NCBI GenBank assembly: GCA_973895155.1
Contig: OZ316894.1
Location: forward strand, 19,506,805 to 19,570,804
DNA from: Marsupella aquatica
Taxonomy: Eukaryota > Plantae > Marchantiophyta
Direction: 5' to 3'
Length of the DNA: 64,000 nt
Shown here: piece by piece, positions 23,276 through 34,664 of the stretch
Position numbering within the stretch: position 1 is the stretch's first letter
How the letters are laid out: every line of letters starts with the position of its first letter
Notes under the pieces: model-generated
The model's input: the letters and a program-made list of their open reading frames with translations, nothing else
What the model was told of the DNA's origin: nothing
The model's database searches: none
Program-made: the position numbers and the translations under genes

Positions 23276-26038
23276 ATGACAAGGATTGCACTTTGGGTGG
23301 ATGGGTGCTCTACTTCAGCATGGGTGAAGGCAAGGCTCCAATTGATCATTCAAGGCAGATTGCCATCTCGTGCATATGGAATTGTGGGCTCCGTCATCCG
23401 GCAGATGTCTAGCGCAGCAAAATTTTACAACCCGTCTCTTCAGCTGCAGGATGAGCTCGACGCATTTCGTGATCAATGGAGGCCTCAGAAGACGGCTGCC
23501 GAGCTGTACGGGAGGGAAGCTCAATCAGCACAGCCTGAATACAGAGGGGAAGCTGAAGCTCTCGCTGGTTTTCACGGTGTAAGGGGGCATGCCAACAATG
23601 TAGCACAGCTGGAGGCACCATCCCCTGAAACTCGCCCAGGGGCTAGCAAGTGGAGGGAAGCTGCAAGGATGATCGAGCAGAGTCGGCATCCTTCTCATAA
23701 AGTCGTTGGTGGGATTGAATTACGTCAACAGAACACTGACAGCTTGAAAGTGGAACTCAATCCAGTAGGCGACGCAAAAGCAAAATTGACCAGACCTATA
23801 GCAGCGAACGGTGTGCTGGAGATACGAGACCCGGAACCTCTATCCAGAGAGGAAGATGAGCAATCTCCTGCAATCTACAATTATGGCAGCCGAGATTGGT
23901 CTCGAAACAGTGGACAAGGGAATGGCAGTACCGACATGCATAGCGCGGGGACCACGAGTCAAGCATCTGCGGTGTTCCAGAATCGTCGACAAAGAAGCAT
24001 TTCTACAGTGTACGCATATGTTAAAGATCTGCAAACGTGCTCTAAACAGAAAGACCTTTTAGCGGCCAAGCAGGTGCATTACCACATCATCCAGAGTGGA
24101 ATGGATAAGCATCCATATGTGGCGGTAACCCTCCTGACTGCATATATCAAATGTGGGGCATTGTTGGATGCACGCCGAGTTTTTGATCAGCTTGGGAAGA
24201 AAAATGTTGTTACTTGGAGCAATATGATTGCAGCATATGCTAAGAGTGATGATGCTGAATCTGCACTAGACCTTTTCCATCAAATGCGCCAAGAAGGCGA
24301 GCAGCCTGATGAGGTCACGTATCTGAGCATCCTAAAAGCATGTGCTAACCCCTTAGCTCTGAAATGGGGAAGGAAAATTCATGAGTATATTCGACATGCT
24401 GGCTTGGAATCCGATTTGCGTGTAGGGACTGCCCTCCTAAGAATGTATGCAAAGAATGAGAGTATAGACGAAGCCCGACTGCTTTTTAACAGAATGGAGA
24501 AACGCGATGTAGTCACATGGACTGTCATGATTGGTGGATATGCACAAGGTGGTTATGGTGTGGAAGCATATCGACTGTTCCTCCAAATGAGACGTGAAGG
24601 CTTCGAACCAGATGCAATCACATATGTGAGCATCCTGAACGCATCTGCGAGTGCGGGGGCTTTGAAATGGGTGAAGGAGATTCATGGCCACGCTAGCAAA
24701 GCCGGACTGGAGTCAGATTTGCGTGTGGGTAGTGCACTGATTCATGTGTATGCAAAGAGTGGCCGTATAGATGATGCCCGACTGGTTTTTGACAGAATGG
24801 AGAAACGGAATGTATTTACATGGACTGTAATGATCGGTGGACTTGCCCAACATGGATGTGGACATGAAGCATATGAACTGTTCCTCCGAATGAGACATGA
24901 AGGCTTCGAACCAGATGCAATCACTTATGTGAGCATCCTGAACGCATCTGCAAGTGCGGGGGCTTTGGAATGGGTGAAGGAGATTCATGGCCACGCTAGC
25001 AAAGCCGGCCTGGAGTCGGATTTGCGTGTGGGCAATGCACTGGTTCACATGTATGCCAAGAGTGGCAGTATAGATGACGCCCGACTGGTTTTTGACAGAA
25101 TGCAGAAACGCGATGTAGTCACATGGAATGTAATGATCGGTGGACTTGCACAACATGGATGTGGGAATGAAGCCCTGGAACTCTTCCGAGAGATGACCGC
25201 AGACGGTGTGGAGCCCGACGGGACATCATTCGTGGCGGTGCTGTCAGCTTGTTGTCATGGAGGCCTTGTTAATGAGGGCCGTAGACTCTTTTCGGCTATG
25301 ACTCAAAAGTATGGCATCGAGCCCTCCGTTGTGCATTGTACCTGCATGGTGGATCTTCTTGGGCGGGCTGGACACTTGGAGGAAGCACATATCTTCATTA
25401 CTAACATGCCAGTTGAACCAAATATTATAACTTGGACAGCCTTGCTTGGGGCTTGTAGAACTTACAGGAATGTTGAGTTGGGCGAACTTGTTGCTAAGGA
25501 GCTTTTCGAATTGGATCCCAGTAAGCCGTCTACATATGTGCTTCTCTCCAACATCTATGCTGCATCTGGCAAGTCGGAGAACGTGACTTTGGTGCGCACG
25601 ATGATGCAAGAGGGAGGTGTTCGGAAGGAGCCAGGGCGTAGCTGGATTGAAGTCAATAACAAGGTGCATGAATTTGTCGCAGGGGATACATCTCACCCAG
25701 AAGCGAAGGCGATATATACTGAGCTCAATAAATTGACTGAAAAACTGAAGGCTGAAGGCTACATTCCCGATACCCGGCTTGTGTTGCATGATATCAATGA
25801 GGAGGATAAAGAACTAGTGCTTTGCTCTCACAGTGAGAAGTTGGCTATTGCTTATGGACTAATTCACGTCCCTCGGGAAGAACCAATTCGTGTAACTAAG
25901 AACCTTCGGGTTTGTCCAGATTGCCATGCAGCAACCAAGTTGATCTCTAAGGTGACAGGTCGCGAGATTATAGCAAGGGATGCAAATCGCTTTCACCATT
26001 TTAAAGATGGGGTGTGTTCTTGTGGTGATTACTGGTGA
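23276..26038 (+). CDS. PLS-class PPR protein with E1-E2-DYW deaminase domain (organellar C-to-U editing factor), ~920 aa
   Basis: First ATG at 23276 (the ORF track starts at a TTG). 14 PPR motifs (L-S-P-L-S-P-L-S-P-L-S-P2-L2-S2), then PG box PGRSWIEV, HSEKLA, CPDCH and C-terminal CSCGDYW. Intronless. Confidence 0.95.
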   Translation: MTRIALWVDGCSTSAWVKARLQLIIQGRLPSRAYGIVGSVIRQMSSAAKFYNPSLQLQDELDAFRDQWRPQKTAAELYGREAQSAQPEYRGEAEALAGFHGVRGHANNVAQLEAPSPETRPGASKWREAARMIEQSRHPSHKVVGGIELRQQNTDSLKVELNPVGDAKAKLTRPIAANGVLEIRDPEPLSREEDEQSPAIYNYGSRDWSRNSGQGNGSTDMHSAGTTSQASAVFQNRRQRSISTVYAYVKDLQTCSKQKDLLAAKQVHYHIIQSGMDKHPYVAVTLLTAYIKCGALLDARRVFDQLGKKNVVTWSNMIAAYAKSDDAESALDLFHQMRQEGEQPDEVTYLSILKACANPLALKWGRKIHEYIRHAGLESDLRVGTALLRMYAKNESIDEARLLFNRMEKRDVVTWTVMIGGYAQGGYGVEAYRLFLQMRREGFEPDAITYVSILNASASAGALKWVKEIHGHASKAGLESDLRVGSALIHVYAKSGRIDDARLVFDRMEKRNVFTWTVMIGGLAQHGCGHEAYELFLRMRHEGFEPDAITYVSILNASASAGALEWVKEIHGHASKAGLESDLRVGNALVHMYAKSGSIDDARLVFDRMQKRDVVTWNVMIGGLAQHGCGNEALELFREMTADGVEPDGTSFVAVLSACCHGGLVNEGRRLFSAMTQKYGIEPSVVHCTCMVDLLGRAGHLEEAHIFITNMPVEPNIITWTALLGACRTYRNVELGELVAKELFELDPSKPSTYVLLSNIYAASGKSENVTLVRTMMQEGGVRKEPGRSWIEVNNKVHEFVAGDTSHPEAKAIYTELNKLTEKLKAEGYIPDTRLVLHDINEEDKELVLCSHSEKLAIAYGLIHVPREEPIRVTKNLRVCPDCHAATKLISKVTGREIIARDANRFHHFKDGVCSCGDYW

Positions 26039-26831
26039 CCAGATTGAAAGCTGTGTTGCGCTGGCTGGAAAGTGACAGAAAGCAGTACTCAGTCGCAGTC
26101 CAGATATAGTCAGGTTTTTGTTGTTGGCTTGATAAAGGCATATTTTCAGAAAGCAGGACTGTCGAGAGGTTTTCATTGCAGCCCTCAGCGATGGCAGTTC
26201 TGTGACAGGAACTTTGAGACTATGGAATTTGGCGTTTTCACCGGCCCTTACCAGGCTGAACGGCTGTCTTGCAGTGACGGTGTACAAAGTGTAACATCAA
26301 AGAACTATAGGTACACACCCATTTACTCTTCGTTTATATCTATACTTCGTCACCAGCAACTTGAACGAATTTCTCTCTTAAGTCATCAGAGCTCAGTCCT
26401 CTTCCTGTGTGTTAGATCCTCTCCAAACTAGTCTTGATATTTACTTGCCTTGATGTTACCCTGTGCTCCGTTTCGTCATCTGCAGGAGGCGACTCCAAGA
26501 CTCGATGCTTCGAACTGGGCAGAAAGAGTATGGACAAAGTATTCATCATCCCAAAGTCCATGAATTTGCTTTCACGGTATTCCCTATAACCTTCAAAGCC
26601 AACCGAGCACATCTAAGCGCAACGTCCATTCTCAGCCATGATCTGTGGAGATTAAAGCAGGTTTTGTTAAGAGTGAGTCGCCCATGTGAGATTTTTAGTC
26701 AGGGCAATCCAGGTTCATGAATTCGTATCTGCTGTTTGTTCTGTCCAGCTGTTTATTACAGTATGATTTAGTCGGCTAAGAAGCTTCTTAGCTTTGACTT
26801 TGTTGCATAGAAAATGTCCCCTTGACCAGTA

Positions 26832-28500
26832 CAGCCCGATAGCTCCTGCCGGACCCACAAACATGGGTCCCGGTATACGGTGTATACCATGATAAACGTC
26901 CTTATTTTCTTTAAATCAGTGAGGGCTGCACCATACCATCGTTATGTTCTTTAAATCAGTGAGTGCTTCTTTAAATCAGTGAGTGCACATGGTATATTAC
27001 CACATTTTGATGAGTGATTACCGGCAGGGCACAAACTTTCGGTAGGTTTAGGCCCCCAAGAGGTTTAGTTTGTTTGTAGAGATTATTTTTTGGGGGTTGA
27101 AGTAGAGTTCGCAGCGACAAACAGGAGGAGTTTGATTAATCTGAACCATAATTGTTTATAAGGTTTCACATGATATTTTGATGTCAGAAGTAGAAAGAAA
27201 GGTTTACTCAAAGTAATGCTAGAATGGAGCACTCCATGAACCTTGTAATTAGTCAGTGGTAATTGGAGGCAATTATGGCCCTTCCCTCATTCAACTTTTG
27301 CTTCCATGGAATAAAATCCTGTTTATACGCAAAAGGTTTTAAGCCTCTACTTGTGTTCTGCTGCCACTGAGGAATTTTGACTAGGAAAGAAACAGTAGAT
27401 TATGATTGTTTTAATCCGCTGGGTGATTATTACAGTCATCTGCAGCATATCAATGAAGAGATAATGCAATCAATTGATATGCTACCATCGCAATCAATTG
27501 ATATGTCCAAAAGCCGTCACCAGAGACACTGTTGTGTACAAAAGCCTTCACCACATAACCTCTGAAAAAAGGTTATTGTCATTTGTTTACCTTACTAATA
27601 AATGGCAAACAGAACCTAGAGTTGGGGTCTGGGCTTCTAGAGTGAAGCCTCTACAAAATAACCCCAAGGGCCCCACCAAATTTATATCCATGGAAAGAAG
27701 GATGGGATACAATATATCTATCTCAAAAAAGATGAATACATGATGATCATGTCTATCCACATTCAAAGAACAAGACCAAATTTATGTCCATAGAAAGAAG
27801 GATGGAATATGATATATCTCAAGAAAATATGAATAACACAATGATTTTTGTTATCATGTCTATTCACATTCAAAGAATATGCATTCAGGCTTGTGTCCAG
27901 AAGCGTTGCCATCAATGTGATAATATACAGTGTGCATTCCTTGATTTTAAAAAAATAACATCAAAATGTGATAATATACGGTGAATGTGGTAATACCATC
28001 AATGTGCTAGTATACAGTGTGCATTCCTTGATTTAAAGAAAATAACATTAAAATGTGATAATATACGTAATACCATCAATGTGGTAATATACAGTGTGCA
28101 TTCCTTGATTTAAAGAAAATAACATTAAAATGTGATAACATATGTAATACCATCAATGTGGTAATATATAGTGTGCATTCCTTGATTTAAAGAAAATAAC
28201 ATTAAAATGTGATAATATACCGTGAATGTGATAATATACTGTGTGCATTCATTGATTTAAATAAAATAACATCAAAATGTGGTAATCCTGTGTGCATTCA
28301 TTGATTTTAAAAAAATAACAAGATTTATCATGGTATGGAAAGACATCATACACCATATATGTCATATTTTGATGTGCAAGATATCATACAGAGTATATGT
28401 CATATTTCTATGTGTAGGATAACATACACCCTATATGTCATATTGTGATGTACGAGCCCTATGCGGGTGTGTGGAGGGCCGTTCCATAGGGAGTGGGCTA
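26832..28500. mobile_element. Non-autonomous foldback/TIR-type element with inverted subterminal repeats
   Basis: Left motifs ATACCATGATAAA..TTATTTTCTTTAAATCAGTGAG and ATTACCACATTTTGATG (26884-27012) are near reverse complements of right-hand motifs at 28270-28336. Ends CAGCCC and GGGCTA. No TSD seen, so boundaries are approximate. Confidence 0.5.
27909..28320 (+). repeat. Tandem minisatellite, ~55-90 bp unit, about 6 copies
   Basis: Recurring AATGTG(G/A)TAATATACAGTGTGCATTCCTTGATTTAAAGAAAATAACATTAAAATGTG. Confidence 0.9.
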
Positions 28501-29955
28501 GGGCATTTATGGGGCAATGGAAGCATATATGTGCTAGGGTACACATTTCTTCCATCAATGGTCAAGAAAAACAACTAAATAAAATTTAACGACTGTGGAT
28601 CTTTCCTACCCAGGAACTTTTTTGTATTGAGACTAAGGATGAAAAACAAACTGGATCCCTTATTATAGTTGTAGATAGTTACCACCCGTTCAAAAACATT
28701 GGGACAAAGGATGAAAAACAAAGGGGATCATTTATTATAGTTATAGAAAGTTACCACCCGTCCAAAAACATTCACCATTAATGTCCAAACACTGTCCTGT
28801 GATTGGTTGTTCTTGCTTTTCCTTCGTCACGAACTTGGTTACCAGGCCACAGTAAGGTACCAATAAATGTCGTAGTCGTAGTCGTAGTCGCGGTAGACAG
28901 AAGGAACGGCACCTTTCTGTGGGTACCGTGCTCCCTGTGCATGAGCAGGAAGTGTCGGTGAGACACAATCTCATGTTGCGGTGCGCACCAAAATCACTCA
29001 ACCTTCCATCCAATTTCCCTCTTCTTTGCTTCAATTGACCAGTCCGACTACCCGCTCTCTGAACGCAAATTGAGGTGAGCTGAAGAAACCTCTCTCAAAC
29101 GATAGATTGCTTTGAAAGAATCCCGGTTCGTAGACTCTTTGCCTAGCTTCTCTTTTCACGAGCTATGAGCTAGATTGTTGATTGGAGGAGTGACGGCCCC
29201 GGTGCGCCAGAGGAGCTTCTTCGTGGTGCTATCAGGCATGCGGGTCCTGATCTTTCACCCTTTGTTTTCGCTCCATTGGACCTTGACTGAGGGTTTTGGT
29301 GGTCTTTTGTAGCTTTTGCAGGGGGAGAATTATGTGGTTTGGTGACATCAGATTTTAAACTATTCTTTTTTCGAGGTGCTACGGTACAGTTGTAAGGAAG
29401 CTCTGCTTTGTGCGGCAAGCTATTGTGCGTACCCTGCGTTGCGCTGTGGAGGTAGAGGTGGAGACCTTGCACATTTGCTCTTCATTTAGTGGTCATTGCG
29501 CGGTGTTGCGTGGAGCAGACGGAGGGAGGACTGGACTCGGTAGTGTGCGGTGGGACTTGACTCCTTCGTCGGGGACTGTGAGTAGTAGGAAGCGATCAAT
29601 CCGCAGCAGCAGTGAGATAATCTTGCAGGTTGGAAGCTGATCGACTTGGTTTTGCTGCGGGCAGCTGCAGTAGCGTCAACTTCTCAGAGAGTTAACAGGG
29701 ACGGAACTAGGCGGCGGAGGGAAGGTCGACATAACAGGGGATTTTTAAGCTCTGCTTCGTGGCAGTAGTGAATTTAGGGTGACTCTTGACGTTACTTAGG
29801 GTTGGCAGCCGAATTTGGAAAGGGGGCACTTCCGCTCGCTTTCGAGAATCAGGAGTAAGTTGTGATTCGGCTGTCGGAAGTGTACCGGACAGGATCTTCT
29901 CTTTCAGCGACCTAATTCTTATTATTGTCATCGAGCGATCGGCTCAGCGAACGTC

Positions 29956-31339
29956 ATGTCGGTAAGCGAGAGATATGTGCTGCAATTTCCAGAAACGTCC
30001 TTGGTGGTCCTTGTCTTTCCGCGGGTGGATGAGTTAAGAGTCGCCATTGACAAGAGGTTGGATGATTGCAGTACCCAGGTGGATACAACGAATTCGGGGT
30101 GCAACCGGGCATGCAGCGAGTCGATAGACCAAATCCGCCCGGAGGATTCGACGATGCATTCTATGGTGCTGGGTCTGGCTTCATGCGGAGTGGTCTTAGC
30201 ATGTACGGCAACAAGATCTTGGGAAGTAGCAGGGATTATGTGCAGAGCAATGTAAGTTCTTCGTTTGGAAACGAAAGACCATTTGACGATGTCTCTATTT
30301 ACAATGCCTGGGTCCATATGTGCTCTTTCCAGCCATTTAGGTTTGGCCTCACATCCGTCTGCAATTTTTAAAAAGGCTGATTGGGGTATAGTTGTTCGAG
30401 TAAGCAAAGGTCTTGACTTGGATTTTGTGCGTGTGACAGATGAGTAGATATCTTGCAGGCCATGACTTGCAGTATTACTTCCAAGTCAATGATCAATATG
30501 TAAAAAATAAGATCAAAGTTGTGCTCTTCCCCTTCTTGCACAAGGTATGTCAACTCGTCTGTAAGCATTCTGAGCGAACGCTCATGCCTTTCGGTTAATT
30601 TCATATGATGCAATTGTGGTGTAGTCGCATTTGCGCCTTTTTAGAAAAGTTAACACTTGTGCCGATGTACAAACCTTTGCTGATAAGCTCAATCGTTTTG
30701 TAAGTCCAGGGTCATTGGACTAGAATAGCCGAGCAGGTTGCTGGTGGTCTAACTTACAAGCCACCGCGTTATGACATAAACGCTCCTGATTTGTATATTC
30801 CGATGATGGCCTTTGCGACTTATGTTGTCCTTTGCGGGATTGCTATGGGCCTTTCAGACAGGTATGTTGTTTAGAATCCCTTGTTTTCAGATTAAAGTTG
30901 AGTTCACATTCTTCCGGCCCGGAATTGCTGACATCTTTTGTTGTTGTTGTGTACCAGGTGGTCTTCAGAAGTCTTGGGTGCCAAATTTACGAAAGCTTTG
31001 ATAGGGTGGGCTGCAGAAGTGGTGTTGCTTCGTGGATCCTTATATGCGCTGGGGAGTGGGGATGCCCCTTTTCTGGATGTGGTAGCTTATTCTGGGTACG
31101 CCTTCGTAGGTATTTGTGTAACGATTGTGGGCCGTATCATATCAAGCTATTGGATTGTCCCGTGGAGTATGGGACTGTGGACAGGTCTCTGCATGGCTAT
31201 TTTCCTGGTGAAGACTCTGAAGAGAATTTTGTTCGCTGAAGTTCGGAGTTACGATAGGGATTCTAGTAAACATCACTACCTTCTTCTCTTCATGGGAGTG
31301 GTACAACTTCCTCTGTTCTTTTGGCTTGGAAGCGTTTGA
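29956..31339 (+). CDS. YIF1: YIF1/HRF1-family ER-Golgi integral membrane protein, ~274 aa
   Basis: Exons 29956-29961, 30072-30251, 30440-30544, 30710-30861 and 30958-31339, all GT-AG, total 825 nt. Motifs [21 protein letters not shown] and [23 protein letters not shown]. The first micro-exon is the least certain part. Confidence 0.9.
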
Positions 31340-33110
31340 ATGTACTGATGAGCAAGCAATGCCTGGTGATGCCAAGCGAATGGAACCCGTGGAGCGTCCA
31401 CTGTACCATACATTCTTTCAGTTACGGCCGTCCAGGCCAGCGACCTGAGCTAATGCTGCACCAGGGTATGTCCTGTGCCTGACGATTCGCAGAGGGACAA
31501 AGAACCAGTTTACCAGACGGATTATGGTAATTCTCTTAATATCCCACGTCCTTGAAAATGGACCTGAAGCGAGAGTTGTCATAATTACTTTCACTACTAC
31601 ACGGCAAGGTGCGTCCAGAGCTAGGTCTGTACTATCTGCTTAACGATCTCCTACTGGTTAGATAGGAGGACCACTTTTCGGTCCTCCTTAGCTCTGGCGC
31701 TGTGACATGCTGGCCAGCACCATTCCTCAACTACTCTGGTTTACTAGGACTTTCGTGGGGTTCTTTTTCCCAGTACTCTCGAAGTTCCCCCAAGCCGCCG
31801 TCGATCTTGTTGATAGTTCCTCTGCCTACGCCAAGAACATTTTTTTCGTAGTTCATTATTTGAAAATTCTTGGTCTGGACTGCATGTGAAATATGTCAAA
31901 GATCTAGGTTATTTTTATTGCAGCTTAACTGGCTGTTCGGACATCAAGTGTGCGCAAGAAAAACTGAACTCACTTTGGTGACGAACGATTAGGTTTTAGT
32001 TAGTGATGAAAATATGCTTGATACAGGAAATGTTTAGAGGAGTTGTGAAATGTACCTCACTTGTGGGAACACTTCTTGCATAGCCCTAAGGATTTTCTGA
32101 TATTTCATAGGTTGGGGGGCACATGAATTCCAGTTGTGCCCAGAGTTCATAGGCTAAGGGATTTCTCAATCAGGAAAATTGCACTGATGGCTCGTTTTCG
32201 ATCTCTGTATATGCTTAGCTCTGAGAGGATAACGCTCTGTTCTTTTTCCCTTTCGGTGTAGAAAACATTCACGATCTTACATGGACGACATCAGGCTGAA
32301 AAGCTCCCTGCGTGCTACCGGTGCCTGTACAATTTGTTCGAGTCCAGTAAGCGCTACTGGTTTGGTCAGTGTTTGGAATCCTGTAGCCTGTGTGCTTGAA
32401 GGGTTTGTCACACAATTGAAACCTTATTATGATTGTTGGATCTCATTTAGTGGGCATCGCGCGCAAACTTGAATGAGCCTGAAAGCTATGCTGATATGCG
32501 AACTATTCACCTCTCCCTAAGGTCAACATCCTAATTAAATTTTCATGTTGCTTTCAGTTGGAATCTCGTTCTGAGTCCAATTTGGGAAGGGGATGCCTGG
32601 ATGATGTGTTTTGTAGACATCGGGTCTTATGTTGCAATGTGGGTGCTCCCAAGGGGCCTGCATTCCGCCCTAGTAGCAATTGCATCGACTCCTCTGTTCC
32701 ACGGAAAGCAATACGATAAGCACCACGGGAGGTTCACATTTCTTGCTCCGGACAATAGTCGGTACTGGCATATATGTAGTTTTGATTGTCCACGCAATAA
32801 TCGCTCCAATTGGTCTTCGGATTTGATTGCAGAGGATATTTAAGCTCATCAGAGAGGATGCACAATGCCTCTTTCGATTCCGCGTTTGTCCTCTCTTTAT
32901 CAACGATCGATTTTGTTATGCATATTTAATCTCATCGGAGGCACAATCTGTTTGAGTTACTTTCTCATGAAAAGCCCATGGGTCTTTTCATTCTCTCTAG
33001 AATGTGATTTCTCTCCATATTGACGTTTTTGCTACAGAGATACGCATGTTTGGATATGATTGTTCACTCCTTATTGACGTTTTTGCTAATATTGCGCTGA
33101 GATATGCATG

Positions 33111-33337
33111 TTCTAAATTCTCTACTATCTAAGTAGCGTTTTATTGGCCTTGTAGCTCAAAAGGTCAATCAAGGAGAAAGGAAAGAAGGAGACGAGAAGA
33201 GGATCAGCGGAACATAACATCTTCTAAATTCTCTACTATCTATGTAGCGTTTTATTGGCCTTGTAGCTCAAAAGGTCAATCAAGGAGAAAGGAAAGAAGG
33301 AGACGAGAAGAGGATCAGCGGAACATAACATCTTCTA
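33111..33337 (+). repeat. Tandem duplication, 2 x 111 bp
   Basis: 33111-33221 and 33222-33332 show one mismatch. A TTCTA microhomology sits at the junctions. Confidence 0.92.
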
Positions 33338-33521
33338 GTTTGTCGAAACCTTTACAAAGCATGCAAGATTGGGACAGAAGCCATTAAAAATTGCTCTACT
33401 AAAGTTTGGGTAGCGATCTGAGCAAGCATGCCCTTGTGCAAACGAAGAAAAGAAACAGAAGAATTTACTGAAAAGTTCCAAGCGACAGAGAAAGGAAGAA
33501 AAAAGGACCACCGAGGACCAA

Positions 33522-33683
33522 ACGGAAACCAATTCCAAAGTGAAGTAAGACACCTTCCCACCAGACTGCCTTCAACCACAGCTACTAGTTAGCAGAGACC
33601 AGGACGGAAACCAGTTCCAAAGTGAAGTAGACACCCCCCCCCACCAGACTGCCTTCAACCACAGCTACTAGCTAGCAGAGACC
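33522..33683 (+). repeat. Tandem duplication, 2 x ~82 bp
   Basis: ACGGAAACCA.TTCCAAAGTGAAGTA...CCACCAGACTGCCTTCAACCACAGCTACTAG.TAGCAGAGACCA starts at 33522 and 33604. Confidence 0.88.
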
Positions 33684-34664
33684 AGATAGTATTGTGAACA
33701 ATGATCACTTGGCAAAGCTGGGAACTTTCCAAACTGCAGGTGTTTTCAATGCTGATATTGCGGAGCATGTATGTAAATCTTGACACCCCTCAATTGGACT
33801 ACTTGCAAAGTAGAAAGGAAACATCATGGACACATTCCTCTGGGTTGAGATTTGTGCAGGGATTGTGCCCACAATTGCTAAGAAGGTCCAGAATTCCTGA
33901 ATAAAGATTAGTCAGGGTTCAGATGGAGCATACCGCATAAAGTAGAGACCGGTGGAGCTGTGGGTGCGTGTGGAGGGCTGGTGTGGGGAAGCCAATATAT
34001 CTGAAAGCACATACATGCTTACTTAGTGTTGAACACATTCCATGGGGGTTTCAGGAAAGCTGAGGTTTAACTTTTAATGCACTAAGGTTTGTGGTCCATT
34101 GGATATTTTGCACACTATTGGTGACTAACTAAGATAAACCAGTTGGTGACATAATAGTATTTTGGTCAAGAACACTTGACTGAGAAGACTAAACAAATCT
34201 TCCTCCCCCTCCTTCATTGAGCACACTATCACCACTCAAAGACAATATGCACATGTGCAATACACAACAAACACACAAATAATTGACTAGATATGTGGTT
34301 CAGCTCTCCAAATTGTAAATCCACTGGAACACAAGAGAAATTTACTGGAATACAAGTCTGTCGGCCAATAAAGTCTCCACAAACTAAACTCTCCTTATCT
34401 TTTAGATGGCTTTGTAACAATGAGCCCAAGTTCCATGCGCATCTAACCTTAACCAAGTACCTGACTATGGTTAGACCAACTGCCGTTACATACACAGTAA
34501 TTCTAGACCCAAGAGTAAACGTCTAGCATCCTTCTCCTTCATGCTACTTCCTTCACCCTCTCTCAGGCTGTCATGTTTGTTTAGTACTTGGGTAGTTACT
34601 TAACTACTCTCTGACTACTGATATATGGGGTCCTGAATTTTTTATATGAAACATGAAATTACAT

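Noticed and set aside
26822-29043. 9-bp direct repeat TTGACCAGT as a Mutator-type TSD
   Set aside because: No inverted terminus adjoins the right copy, and the inverted arms end near 28500. Probably chance.
33145-33175. GGCCTTGTAGCTCAAAAGGT resembles a tRNA 5' half or A box
   Set aside because: No B box (GTTCRA), T arm or acceptor-stem complement follows.
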